From: Ascidiella aspersa
Lineage: Eukaryota
DNA: 64,000 bases
Assembly: GCA_963924565.1 (NCBI GenBank)
Contig: OZ004611.1
Location: 6,882,001 to 6,946,000, forward strand
Direction: 5' to 3'
Shown here in pieces: positions 39,973 through 53,571 of this stretch. The notes below the pieces were generated by a model. That model was not told where the DNA came from, did not search any database, and worked only from the letters and a program-made list of their open reading frames with translations. Numbering within the stretch: position 1 is the stretch's first letter; each line of letters opens with the position of its first letter. The position numbers were made by a program, and so were the translations under genes.

Positions 39973-42227
39973 CTTTATTCAGTTTAAACTTCATTGGATA
40001 ACTGGTTGTGAATAAAGGTTAACATTTAATTTTAACAGATTAGAAAGCATAATCTGGTGCTTTCCTTTTTTAAATAAACAGACACTAAATTTGTGTTCAC
40101 CAAACCCTATCCACTAAACTGGGGAATAAAATATTGTAATATTTTGTTACTATATAAGCTAACAAAAAAAGTTGTACCAAAAGGCTTTACTAGTAATAAT
40201 AAAAAAATGTAAATTCCTCTCCGGCACCCCGGTTTTGGAACCACTGGTGGTCGTACGCTGCCGCAGTCATTAACTGGACGACTTATGGTCAGCTGATATG
40301 CCTGCCCTACATGCTTTTTTAAGTGTGTTTAGACGAAACCCGACAATGAAAGTTTAAGTGACTTTAACCTGTCAGAAATGTCGAACCTTAATATATATAT
40401 AAGCTGGTTGCTCCAAAATTTTACTTAACCAACATGCAAGTGTCAAGCCCAGTTGTTTTACGTTTTACTATTTATGCACTAGAGCGGAACGTCATCATGT
40501 TCACCGAGGGCTAAAATAATGCAATTCGTACTTTCTCAAAAATCTAGCCCACAGTCGCTAAATGCCAGCCAAGCGCGTAAGCTTAATGGTGTAAAGTGAT
40601 TCATTGCTTGTAGTTTGGTCACTCAAATTTGAAAAAGACATGTAACAACATTGCTGATTAGAATATTTATTCATTTTGATTTTTTTTCCTGTAGTGCTAC
40701 GAAAACTTCTACAGCAATACATAAAAAAAATTAAAATGCGATATTTCAAAAACCTGATTTGTTAGAAAAAAACAAGTCATTTTCAGAATCAGCTCCGAAA
40801 ACACATTAAGAATCAATCTATCACATCTCCGTTTAAAACAATAAATTCGAATGCAAATAAATCTTATAATAATATTTGTAAACAATGTTTTAAGATGTTT
40901 TGGGGGGACCGAAACGACACTATTACGCAGTATTTTAAAATATCGTCTACTTGTGTAACAGCCGAGACCTAACAATGAGTCTACGGAAATTATGTTACCA
41001 AGAAGCTAAAGCTTAAAAAATACCTGACTATGAATATTTTATACTGCAATGATGTTTAGATTCAATTTGAAACGTGCACAATCTTTGCGAAAGAATGGTT
41101 TAGTTTTAAATTTACAACTATTTCGTAACTATTTTGTTTCTGGCGCGAAGCAGCCTGGAGAATAAGAAAAAAGACCGCGCGAGGATTTTAGAAAAATGGA
41201 AAACAGGTCGTGGTTTATAAATTCCCGAAACTGTATACAATGTTGCATAGAGCATTATGAGAAAATAAAACATTGATCAACTTCCAAAAAAATTATCGAA
41301 GGGTGCAAATCTTTTTAAGTCAAAGCCATGCATTTTTAGCTCGTCTTATGGATGAAGGGCAAAAATTACCAGCGACAGCTCCTACTCAAATGGGATTGAA
41401 TCCTCAGGCAAAACACTGGGTAATTTATTTAGAAACGCTCACGGTATTGCGAAGCACAGAGAAGACCGATCTGGGATTACGCTGGATGAGACAAAGGGTA
41501 AAAAACTTGCAATTGTAAAAAAATAAATCTAATTTTTTCAGTATAAGCTGTGTGATGGTGCAACGGACATAACGACGGAGCAGACACCGGCGGACACCGG
41601 TTTATGTCCGCTGGTGCAAAAGTTTGTCGCCTTAAACCCACTATTTATGATAGTATTTTGCAGCAGGGCTAGCATTGTAGTTGTCCACTGCTTTGCTCCA
41701 TCGTTTAAAACAGCAATGTGTGGCAAATGACTACTACTAGAGTTTGTGGCACAAGATGAGTGGGTCCATCCATACTCTGATATCAACAAGAATGTGATAT
41801 TTATGTTATGACAGTAATCTCCTCCCGGTTAATCCGCAAATTGAATCTTTTATAGGCTTTTGCGGACTTTACGTTTTTAGTTTTTGTTTTGTTTTACGGG
41901 TAGACAATAAACTCTTTCAAGTCTTTGAAACTTGTCCGAGATTTCTGCCAAACCTGACACTAATTAACTGTGACACGTAACGCTGCTTCAAGACGAATAC
42001 CAAAAAAGGCGAGGAAACATTAATACCAGCGCGAGATTACATAAGCAAAAAAAGCAAAGCTTAATAAGCAACATATATTATTACTGTAATTATTGTTGAA
42101 ACTTTTGAAGCGGGCAGGCAGCAAATCCATAGAGTAAAAAATCAGCGTTGCTCATTTGATTCTATAACGCGTGAAGTGAAGGTTTGATACGCTAGTGTAA
42201 ATCAGGCTGCTATTTTAACTGCAGGAA

Positions 42228-42550
42228 ATGTCAGAAAAAGCCCAGAGACATTGAGTGACTCAGGCCACCCTAGTAAGGTACAATGTAGATGAAAAGGCTA
42301 TCCGAAGGGTTTGGGAAAAATCGAGAAGCCATTCGAAAACGATCTGCTCTGATGTCAGAAGAGGGTAAAAAAACAATTTCGATCATCTGTTGGTCAATTT
42401 TCTGAATTTGAAGGTTTATGTTGTTTCTTTGGGTTGATAGCATGCGCCGCGCTGCCTTAAATGATTTGTATATGCTACTCTCGCCCAGTATGATCCCGAG
42501 AATTTCTATAATATGGATGAAACCGGCTTGTTTTATCGGCTCATGCCATT
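42228..42550 (+). mobile_element. pogo/Tigger (TIGD-like) transposase remnant
   Basis: HTH-like YNVDEKAIRRVW and MLFLWVDSMR are joined by a deletion to YDPENFYNMDETGLFYRLMP. Confidence 0.75.
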
Positions 42551-43579
42551 GCTGGCAAATAAACATAGTCTACTTTGGCCCGGGGGCTGTGCTTGGAGGA
42601 CCACACTGACATAGGCGGTAAGCACTTATTATGTACGCGACGAAGTTTTGTGACGTCTTTAACCATTTCGTGCCCACCAAACGTAAATATCGTCGATCCT
42701 CTTCTGGTACGCATTGCAAGAAATATCGTGGCCCGTAACGCGCTAATTTGTGGTTTGAGGATTTTTCATGCCATCTAGGGATTTTTTGACATAAGTCCTG
42801 CCATCAAGCTACGTTGCACATCCGTGTGCGCAGTGCACCAAATGTAACAACATGTTGAAGACAGAAGTCGGCCGCAAGTTTGAAGCTCAAGATTTGTTTC
42901 GCTATTATTTTTTCAAAAGCTGGAACTGCAACTAATGTCATAGTTTAACTGAAAACATTGGAGTCCGTTTATATGTTTTAAAACTTCGGTTTTTGCTTGT
43001 TTCATTGATTTTGGAATACGAAAACCAAGATTACTACTACTGGGTGTTGTCTAAAGTATATCAGTACATTTGAGACTCCATTTCTGATGTCTAGTTGTTG
43101 TCTATACAATTTTAACTCTAATTTTCTTGGAATTGCCTTGTTAAACTAATTGCCGCTACCCCAACGTTTGGTTTGAAATTGTCATATTGAATGTGACAAA
43201 CGTCATTTAGAAAACAAATCTGTGTTTTTTGTTCGAAACGATACTCCTGCTTTACGCACGAATAATCAGTTATAACAAAAAACAACAAACCATTTTACTG
43301 TTACACGGACATAAATTTACTTTTAACAATCGTCGCCGCATTTAGTGCAAAGATCCAGAAAAGCTGGCAAGGGGTTAAAGTATATTTCTTGTTTGCTTCC
43401 TATATAGTTAACCGTAAACAACCCAACTAGTTACAAACCGCTTTTAGTGCCTTACTTTTGACAACCTTCAAAAAACGGCTTATAATAATGAACTAGATTT
43501 ATAGACTGAATGTCAGTCAACTAAAACAATCCGTTTTCTGCATTTCATATCGACTTAATTTGAGACACCCAATGCATAA

Positions 43580-45615
43580 TTTTATTGAACCCATTGTTTC
43601 TTCTATTAATTTCCCCACTCTTCTTATGTAGTTTGTTTTCAGCGTCTATTTTCATGTTTTCGTGTTCCATTTAGTGCCATAGTGTCAGCAGTTAGTAGGG
43701 TCAACCGAACTCTATAACATAACACAACAACATACATGCAATACAACTATTTACAGAATAATTCACTAGGTCGAATTCAATTTCACACATGCATTGTGCA
43801 TCCATGTTTTTATGTTTGCACGTTGTTCTTGTGTCGGCTTCGTATTCCGCGACACTGAATTCGACACACTCCCAGTCCCCTGCCCATGCGGCATCGACAC
43901 TAGTGTCAATGGTAGTGGTACTGACACTAGGCTCCTCACGTGATTTCTTGGGACTGGGAGGTGTGTCGAGATTTTATTCTAGTAGTCTCTCCCAACTCTT
44001 CTTACGTAGTTAGCGATTTGGACCAGTTTCTCATCTATAGCCATCCTGTTGTTTACCAGCTCTTTGACTAATTGCGTTACGATTTCGTCCGTGATGTCTC
44101 CTGTAATGCGCTTGCGGTGTTTTGGCTTCTTCCGTCCATTGCGCTTGAACAAACCTTCTCATAGGTTTTACGTCCTCTAGGGATGCCATTTTCGTCAGAA
44201 GGTTGACCGTATTGGCGGTTATGAGTGCGCACTTTCTTCATTGTCCTGCCGGTCCCCATGCGTTTTATCACTACAGCACACTACACTGATTGTGGTGCAT
44301 GAACTTTATTTATGGCGCTTAACAACAACTGATCGTTGTTGAAAAACGCGGGACCGGCGTCGTCGATTTTGAGGACTTTGTGCCCAAATTTCAGCGCCAT
44401 TTGTGCCCCCCCACCCCCCTGACTGTCGTTGGTCATTGATTGATGCGTATTCCGTGGAGTAAGTAAGATGTGTGTGGGGCGTATTGAATACCGCCGTCTT
44501 CGTTTCTGGCTTCTAAAGCTGCCTGTGTGAGTATTCAGAAGCTCATCGTTGTTGAGTGGCGCTTCGTCCCAGATTATGTTTTTCGCTTCGTTTATTATTT
44601 TCTTTAGAGCTTGTTTGTCTTCTTTCCATATGTCATTATTTGGTTAGTATACTCTTTTTGCCAGTAGCTCGGCAAAGTCTGCGGCGAATAGCTTTTCCTT
44701 AAAGGCGTTCATGCTTGGTTTTGTGTCGAAACTACTGGCGACTTCCTCCGCTATTTTTTCTTCAATTGTCCGTTGGATTCGTGTTCGGTTGTTTTTATTA
44801 GGTTTTTTTGCTTCTTCCGGAATGTCGATTTGTTCTACTCATTTGTACATATATTTCACCCATTGGCTGGTGTCTTTGACTACTATGTTGTGGTTATTCC
44901 TAATCTGGATAGGGCGTCGCTCACGGACTTTTTTCTCAGTAGTCTCGATTGCTGTCCTGCCTCCCGACTCAACGTGATGAACGGCCATCCGTTGGACCGA
45001 TGTATATCACTTCCTTGTCTGTTCGGGTTATTCCTGTTTTTTCCATTCGTTGTGGTAAGGGGGCCCACTTTCTTGCTCTGAATGAATCTCCCCTCTCGCT
45101 TATTCCGTTTTCTTCTTTCGATTTTCATAGACAGTTGTTAAATCTCTTATTAATAATTTTGCTCTAATGGTTCTCTGAAAAGTAGTATCAAGTGGGATAC
45201 TTTACGTAATTTGCTGCTATATTTGCTATGACTTCTGCACTCGGAAACATTTTATTCACAATATGACGTCTTGACACTAGAACTGACACTAATTATAGTG
45301 GTTCAGAACGGTGAACCGAATATGACGTCGAGTACGGTATGCAGTCTTTCGTTTAGTATCCTGTTGCTCTAAGGTTTTTCTTGATGCTTTTGGTGGTAGT
45401 ATACATGGAGTTGGGTATTCTTCAAACATCTGCTTGATGGCGGTTGTGCTGCTATGCTCTTTGCTCTTTATCGTGTCGTTTGCACTCCTCATCCAACGGT
45501 CCACAATGCGGGTGCCCAGGTATAGTTATATACCACCTGTAGCTAGTTTCTTGCTCGACTTCAACATCATAATGAACTTTAAACTCACCTGATTTGCATA
45601 TTATACTCTTTTCTT
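43580..45615 (-). mobile_element. Endogenous viral element 1: parvovirus-like ssDNA virus (PLA2 ORF plus NS/Rep), heavily decayed
   Basis: PLA2 reads TIPGHPHCGP-LDEECKRHDK (about 45470-45530). RCR motif III-like WVKYMYK lies at 44842-44862. The SF3 helicase reads TNDSQG..QMALKFGHKVLKIDDAG..KTHGDRQDNE..PMRRF, with Walker A deleted. It is collinear with EVE 2. Confidence 0.85.
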
Positions 45616-45829
45616 AACAAGCCAACAAACGGCTTATAATGAACCTGGTAGAAGAACCAGTCATAAATGTATTAGTTTTATAAATTAAATAGTCAATCTT
45701 GGTTGATAGCAGCATGAAGTGGCAGGCAGTTTTGACATATTACATTTTAATGTTGACGACCTTTCACACAATTGTGTGACACGTCAAGAGAAAGAAAGTT
45801 GAAAACAATCGTAGTTTAGTGCAGACTGT

Positions 45830-47150
45830 AATTAAGCACGGTTGTGTGAAAGCTTGTCATTATTAAAATATATATAAATGGAAAATATAAATACAGTTTT
45901 TTATTACTATGACAAGGGGACATTTTGACATTTAATGTTAAGCAATTTTTTGCTAAAAAAAGATAGATTTGCTTTGCAGCAGATGGATATTCTAGGTCCA
46001 AAAAACTCCAAATAATGACAAAAATACACTGCAAGGATTTTAGTAGGGTTCAACTCAATTAACTTCGAACAATCTATATTAATTCAGCAGCAGCCTGCTG
46101 GCTCTTGGACTGACCCGGAGCAAAGAATATATGGCTGATTTTTATCTTTTTAATTGAATGGCCCGGATATCTTCACATATAGAGTTATAGACTACAGTTA
46201 CCATCTTTTCCATTTCACACTACCTTGTAAACCATTTGTTTGATTTCCACCTTAACATCATGGCCCAGGTTTCAGCCGACTTCTGTAATAAATTTACTTT
46301 TTAACACATTTCTGTTAACAAGTCTATACACCGAAACTGAGGAAATGTTTTGAATGTTTTACTACTTCTCACTTTTCCATCTAGAGAAATAATGTATTAT
46401 TGACGGATTGGTTAATAATTAGGCAAGGCTTGGTCACTGGTTAGTTTAGAATTTGGAATTGGCAATGTTATCATCAGGAGATGAACTTAAACTTATAGAA
46501 GACTGGGTGGACTCTTCTAGCAAACTAGTTGAAAACTATTCGCATTTAAATTACCAGCTGAGCAAGAACTTTCTTGGAGCAGCTGTATCTTCAATCGATT
46601 GAATCTTTTATATTAGAATTACTACAAGCAGCTCTGGAATTTATTGGCAAGATCATTTTTTTAAGTGCTGCATTTTGGTTATTGCCTCTTTTACGAAGCG
46701 CTTCTGATGGGATAGCCTCAGCCCAATATTAAACGAATCGAAACAAGTTTTCTTTCCTTGGCAGTAGGCCCTCTCCCTAACTAACCTTATTTATTGTTTA
46801 CAAAACATTGTCCGTGAGGTGTGTATTTTCTAAAATAGGTTGACAATGGGAATGAATGGAGGATGATGAGCAACAGATAAATGATGTTTTTTGTTTTATA
46901 TAACCTTCTTGAGATTTGTGGTTCTGCTCCAAATTTAGTAGAGTCTAGACTTCGTGAGCTTTGTTTTGAAGGAGTGTTCCGTATGTGATGATGTCTAGTC
47001 AAGGTTTTCCTCCGTTGGAATGGTTGAATCGGACGAGTGGTCCTCAAAACTTTCCGATACATCAGCACTGTCAGTGTAAGAGATGCTGCTGCTCTGAAAA
47101 GAAAACAACAGCCTGTTGGCTTTTCGTACAACTGCAATTACCAAACCAAA
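45830..47150 (-). pseudogene. SAMD3-like CACTA accessory gene remnant (third family)
   Basis: C-terminal FLDLEYPSAAKQIYLFLAKNCL (ORF 45816-46034) resembles the C-terminus in ORF 684-917; the upstream part is poorly preserved. Confidence 0.45.
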
Positions 47151-48031
47151 GGTGGTTGTAAATCAAATAAACATGACACAAGTTATGTTTGTTTGACACC
47201 GTAGAGGAATCAAAAACACCTTACTAAAACTGATGCTAAAAACACAATGATCGCTCATTTTTTTCACGTATTTAACTAAAAATTCTTCAAGCGTCGTTTT
47301 CTCAAGCTTTTTATTTCATCAACGGCCATTTGAATTTTAGCAGCTTTAAAAAAGCAAACATGTTTTTAATCCACGAAGTCATTAAAATAAATAGCACCAA
47401 ACTATGTGTCATCAGGTGGACGATTATCATTTGATTTTTAAACAGTTCATTGTTGTATGACTGCATTAGTGTCTTTGGTAGCGTTTGAAAGTGATATGAC
47501 AGTGAAGTTCAGGGTTTATAAAAAACTGAAGTTCGAGCTGAACCTTATTAAACCAGGCCAGTATGGTTAAAATTTTGTCAGCTTTTCTCTAATCAAAATA
47601 TAATAATAATGTAGGCCATAAAAAGTAATTTTCAATTGTGAACATTACGGAATCTTTATTTTATAAATGATATTAATCTTTTATATGAGCATATTTGAAT
47701 GCCACATAATTTGTGTGAAATTGACGCAATTGTTTTTACTTAATGGATTTTTTCATACAATTGTGGTTTCGATTATTAAGTTCTGTAGAACTTTAGGGGG
47801 TAAATGAAAATATCCACATCAGCTGACGAGACAAAAAAATATTGCCTGTAGGGAGTTTCCTAGAACTGCTTTTTTGAAGCTAGCCTAGTATATTGATTTT
47901 TTATTGCTTCGCTAATTGATCATTTTTTTAGTTTCTTGACAATATCCTTATCTTTCAGTTACATCATTAATAAGTCATTTACTGTTTGAATAAATCATGT
48001 TCTTCGGCAGTCACGGCTTAGATTATTAAGG

Positions 48032-48780
48032 CAGTGGTCTCCAACGTGTGAGTCGCGACCTCAAGTGAGGACGCCTAAAATTTTTGTGGGGTCGCCATAA
48101 CTCACCATATTCGTAATGTGTTTTTAGTACGATTTGTGTATTTAGTTTTCTTTACAATGAGGTATAAAAATTGCTGTTTGTAGCTCTTAAAGACCTGCTA
48201 TATCAGCATTTGTAACATCATACATAATAAAATGCTGTTGATTTCTAGTAAAACATCTGCGTTTTCTAAGGTTGCATTCCACAGGCCAAATTAGAAAGCA
48301 TATTCACTTAGAAACAGGCGAAGAGGCTTTTCGCTAAAAACATTTTTTACGTTCTGCTGCATTCTATAGCACTTGTTATTATTAATAACATTGCCTATAA
48401 TTGTCTCCAAAATGGGGTCGCTTATGTCTGCGAGCAGTTTTGAAAGTTCCGATACACTTTTTGAAATTTCAGTGCTGGTTATACATACACGTGATTGCAT
48501 AATTCTGTCACTGGGTACGGCTGGCCAAGTTAGTTTATTCTTTAGTCCAATAATTAAGGCTTTAAAGAACTCATTGACTGATTATTAAAATGTAATCTTA
48601 AAAATGTCGTGTCCAAAAAGAAGAGAAAGTAACAGAAAAATTATTTTAAATTTAGATTTAGAAATTTTATTGAGAATGGTCTTTAAGTTCCTCAGTGTGT
48701 CTCGTGCGTGGAAACATTTTTAAACAGTAACATGAAACCGCCGGCCCTTTAAAAAGGCACCTAGCAAATTTTAGGCACAC
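48032..48780 (+). mobile_element. Truncated Buster/Charlie element: left end plus BED-finger N-terminus
   Basis: TIR cagtggtctccaac with gtcgc repeats. From 48604 it reads MSCPKRR..FIENG..PQCVSCVETFLNSNMKP. Confidence 0.65.
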
Positions 48781-48909
48781 AAACTGGAATGTCTTGACAG
48801 CACAACTCGTTGCCAAACGCAAGGGAACAACCCGTCGCATTGATTATACCTGATGCAATTTGTTACTTTCCTTTTTCTAATAGATGAGAACTATTTGATA
48901 TAATGGGGG

Positions 48910-49141
48910 GTAAATCTGATATAGAATATAGATAACGAGAGGGAATCTATGTGATCCTATAGTATATATACATACATTAGAAGTATAACAGAAAAATGCT
49001 AATATATTAGGATCCTACAGAGTTATAGACTAAAGATTTCGTATAGGGAGTCTCTATAGGATCAAATAAAGCTGTTCTTATAGGCAAAGTCTAATAAGAT
49101 CCTATAGAGGAGTGAGTCCTAAAAGCAGTATTTGCCTGGTG
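48910..49141. repeat. CACTA/EnSpm-like terminus with (gat)cctatag subterminal repeats
   Basis: Multiple gatcctatag/ctataggatc motifs in both orientations ending in agtatttgcctggtg. Confidence 0.45.
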
Positions 49142-49299
49142 TTCGGTCGTTATGGGATAAATTAAATAAAGTCATCAACATTCATGTAAATATGCATTTG
49201 CAAATATATATCTAGGATATATACACACATACTTATCTAACTCAGTTACTTGAAACATAAAATCTGTCGAAATATCAGTATAAACACACAATTGCCAGT

Positions 49300-50600
49300 T
49301 CACATTGACACATAACATCAGCTTAGCTTGACAGTTATATTACTTACCACAACGTGTTACATTTCATGTGACATAACTGCACGGTTAACGTCGACTTCCA
49401 CTAATGCTTGAACAGCACGCAATCTTGAAGGTAACAATAATATTTTCCTTGCTTCAAGCCTTGTAGGTTGTTTGCAAGGAATACATATTTTTCTTTCACG
49501 TATCCTGAAGTCAATGACTTTTAAAGAGTATGAACCTCAGGATTTACATCAGACATTTTTTTCAACATTAAAAACGTTTCAGCTATTTGTAATGGAACCT
49601 TTTGAGTTCCCAGAAACAACTTTTTAATTGTTCCATTGTACCCTTCAAACAAGAAAGTGGATGTTGGTTGCCCACAATGGGCCAGAATTAAAAACTGACC
49701 CTGCTAGGTTCCAGTTGATTAGTCAGTACATTAAAGGCATTTGCTTTATAAACAGTTTCTACTGTTACAGTTTCACTCATCAAATTCAACAGTGCAAACA
49801 CAAATAAAAACCAATGGATGGTTTAAAAAATACATACCCTCTAAAAAAAAAAAGAGAATAACAAATTAATGCTCTGGCCTTCCAGTGTTTTCTGGTTGAA
49901 AAAGGTCTGGCTGGACACCCACCTCTGCTTATCATCTCTTTTGGTGGCCGTATTCTTTGAATTCGTTCATCTAATTCCTACACATAAAAGTCATTGTCCC
50001 TTTTTCTAGTATCAATCCATGTGTTGACAAACACTTGTGTCTTGATTCTACACAGCCAGCCTCCTCTGCTCACTATTTGTGGTCCCTTCTTGTAAGCACC
50101 AATCGCACCCATATGTACCATTAAATTCCTTGCAATTTCTAACTATAGCTCTTACTGGAGCATCTGCAGACGATACAAATACTTTAAATGTCCAATGTTT
50201 GTTCCAAGTTGAACAAGTTCATCTGTAAATGGTTTTAGGAAATGTATTCATTCTCTCGGCTTGGAGGATCCAAACCATAAACCACTCATAATCATGTGTT
50301 TTCGGCGAAGGTGCGGTGGTAGTTCATTTATTGTGGCTAATATTGGCCAAACAGAATATAGTTGGATGACTTGAATATACGAACACCATCAGTGTTGAGT
50401 AGTAATGAGATATCATTTTTCCTAAAATGCGCTGTTGGATAAGATATTGACGCCCATGCACAATATGGATATTGCCCAAGTTTCTATTGTTCGAAAAGTC
50501 ACTTATATTTCATGGTTATCTAAAAACTGCTGTGAAGTTGAACAGAAATACCAATGAAGAAGTTACCACCTTCCCTGTAGCTAACATTGGAATTGAACTG
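49300..50600 (-). mobile_element. CACTA transposase remnant (Tnp2/Transposase_21-like)
   Basis: Reads ISLLLNTDGVRIFKSS, VWPILATINELPPHLRRKHMIMSGLWFGSSKP, FLKPFTDEL and GPLWA..FEGYNG. Confidence 0.8.
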
Positions 50601-51019
50601 GGTGTTCAGTGTAATATGACACACAACAAATAAACAATAAATATATTTTTAGTTGTTTGTAAATATAATATAATATCCAAGTGTGTACATATGTCATATT
50701 TGACTGCAAAAAGAGGTGCGCGAGAAGCGCAAAAAATTTGCATATTCGACAAACTTTCAATTTAGGAGACTGTATTTTATAAGCGTGGAATGTTCGCGAA
50801 AACCGTGTGTATTACTAAGTGGCAAAAACAGTAATTTATATAGGGTGTACGGTATTTATATTATGTTTATACTAAAAGTACGGAAAACAAAACGCAAACT
50901 TGCCAATGCTTTTGGAGGCATGTTTGTTGTCCTGGTCCGCCATATGTTAGCGGCCCGGCTTCTTGTTTTAGCATAGTGGTTGCAGGTTCTTCAATCTGCA
51001 CCCAAAAAGTAAAAACATA

Positions 51020-51343
51020 TGTGGACACAAAGAAAGGATATTTATTGCAATTAAACAAACGACAAACGGTACTTACACAGATACATACATACAATAATTA
51101 CCTCCGTATAACGTACGCGATCTGGACTCCACAATGAACAGTATGCAAGACTGCTATTTTTGGTATAAAATGAAATCCCTTATATACACAGCATTCCAGC
51201 TGGCGGTAATTAAATATCGTGACTCGGACAAACGACGAAAACACGATCAGGCAATAATAAACTGGACGTCACAACCGGCCAGCCTGCTTCATTTGGTTGG
51301 CCGGGGTTTCAAGCCGGTAACAATATGGAGCGCAAACGCTACA
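51020..51343 (-). repeat. 3' LTR
   Basis: The minus strand runs TGTAG...CCACA, with AATAAA near 51040, and matches 53572-53920. Confidence 0.85.
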
Positions 51344-53535
51344 TCACAACTCCCCTTGTCTTTGAGGCAATAGGTCCGTCAAACATTGTTCATGGGATGG
51401 ATCATGTCCTCCTTGTCGATCGGCTCTTTGTAGAACAAGTCAGGAACGGTCGAAACATAAATGACTGTTGTCTAACGATGAAAAAGCTCGCTTCGTACAA
51501 AGCACGTTGGTAGTCAAAGAGCTGAAACTGAACTGCTCCTTCTAGTGTTCGAGAATCCCTCCGTAATCGAGCTGGTACTTTGTTGCTGAACAATCTGTGT
51601 AAAAAATACTTACACCGGCGTTTAACAACATGCGAATACAAGAAATGCACAGCCTACAATGCAGAAATAGAGCCGTAAAAATCGTAATTTTAATGTAGAA
51701 AGACAAAAACCGTCAGTCAAATGCCTAGAATCTATCGTTCTAGAATACCGAAATCAAGGAAGTTAAAGGTGCTAAACTCTGAAACTCGAAAACAAAATAA
51801 ACGCCTTGTCCATTTTAAAAGTAATCCCTAAATGACAGACATTTTAACCTTGGCGTAAAGGTTATGCAAAGCTTGTATGCAAGCTTGTACCTCAGCCGTC
51901 AGTAAGGTAAAAAGGCTTCACGGCATCACGTGGCCTTGAAAACATCGGGAACTATGCCCGGAATACAAACAAAACGGTCAGGTTATTTTAGGTGTGATAT
52001 TATCTCTGATCAAACACCGTAAACCATATAGGACCAGACTGCAGGTTAGCTGCAAACGGAAATGGCACTTTAGAAGGCACAACTTCTGTAAGTGTGAGAG
52101 ATAAATATATCTGTTTACAGGCTTAGAGATTAGTTTACGAGAGAAGAATATTCATTCTCCTACGTAAAGTTTCACCTTTAACTTAACAAAAAGAGACGTA
52201 ATTTTGCAACTGACTGAACAGCTATGCCGTAAATTTAGTTAGCTCAAAAGCGGTGTTAAATCTGCATTGTTCGACCGATATGTCAACATTAAAACGTGCT
52301 CAAAATTTAGCAACAACATACTACAATGGCGGCGGCTTAGAGAGAAAAACAGGCGTGGTGCGTAAAAAGGTAAACAAGGCATGTATCAATAACTGACAAT
52401 GCATAGGATAGCTGCCATCCTTCGTGAGCGTATTAGTGAAATTCAATTTGATTATGCAAGGCCCATCCCTGCGTTAGCGACAACTTTAAGCCATAGGCGC
52501 TAAAATTACCCAAAAAATGTTAACTAAGCGTCTATCAAGAAAACTAGCAAAAAGCTGAGAATAAGAGGAAGAGAAGATTAGAATAGTCAAACAAGGTTAG
52601 AATAGTAAGAGGCCGTAGAGATAAGGTAAAGTAAAGTTATGAAAGCTTTTATCATCAGGTGTAAACGTCGTAGGAAAGTGCTGTTTCCTTCGCAACAGAT
52701 CCGCAAGATTTGCTTGCAAGCTGTTAGGTCAGGCGGACGATACCAGTCATCGAGATACTTAAAATCATCAATCGATCGACAAGAATTCCTGTCAAGATTA
52801 GGTAAAGAGAAAGTTGAAAAAGATAGCTTAGAAGTACAGAGTCTGGCTTTAAATAGCATGTCGTCATAGATGTTTTGAACGTCGTAGATGTAGTAAACTC
52901 GCTTTGTTGACGAGGAGGCATCGCTTCTGCATTTGAAAGTTCGCTGTTGGACGTAACTGCAACAGACTGAAAAGATTTTACCGGAACATTTAAAGGTTTT
53001 GCCGTGTTGCAAAACGACGATGGAGCGGCTTCGAAAGTTGAAAGCGGTTGGACGTTGTCCATCTGCGGTTGGGCTAAAAGATCAGCTGCAGGTTGAGAAA
53101 CAGAATCGTTAGACAAGATTGACACTGCAATCGGTGGAACAACTGTAACCGATGGCATTGGAACATCATTTTCTGTTAAACTGTCTTTTGAGAAAGGAAA
53201 AACAGGTTTAGAAAAGGAGCCTATTTGCGGACGCCGTAGCTTAGAGATGGAAAATTTCGAATTATTTCCCTTTGGTTTCGGAAAAACATTACCTTCCCTT
53301 ATATTGCATGGCAGCTATACGCGTTGAAGTTTTGACGTTGCAAGCTTTAAATTTGCTTGAAACCTTGGAAAACAAAACGGAAAAGTTATTCTTCGACATA
53401 ACGATTTTAAGAATAATAGCACACAGTAAATAAGACTAAAAATAGGTGCAAAAGCGTAGGTTACAAATAGATTTAAATCAACACAATAGGTTAATATTAA
53501 TTATTTTAGAATATTAGTTAATCAGAAGGAATTAA

Positions 53536-53568
53536 TGCGTGTTCAATATCACGTCAGGTGCGTCAACA
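53536..53568 (-). promoter_or_regulatory. Primer binding site complementary to the tRNA-Trp 3' end (extended)
   Basis: The plus strand tgcgtgttcaatatcacgtcaggtgcgtcaaca resembles the eukaryotic tRNA-Trp 3' end TGCGTGTTCAAATCACGTCGGGGTCACCA and lies 3 bp from the 5' LTR. Confidence 0.7.
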
Positions 53569-53571
53569 ATT

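Noticed and set aside
41050-41800. THAP/P-element remnant
   Set aside because: Only vague W..I and CIEH similarity; the diagnostic motifs are not recoverable.
43360-43378. piggyBac-like end (aagggg|ttaa)
   Set aside because: No matching opposite end or transposase was identified.
52587-53158. 141-aa and 144-aa ORFs as host genes
   Set aside because: They lie inside the LTR element and are low-complexity or frameshifted, probably decayed gag.
53536-53568. tRNA-Trp gene
   Set aside because: Only the 3' 30 nt or so are present, directly beside an LTR; it is a primer binding site.
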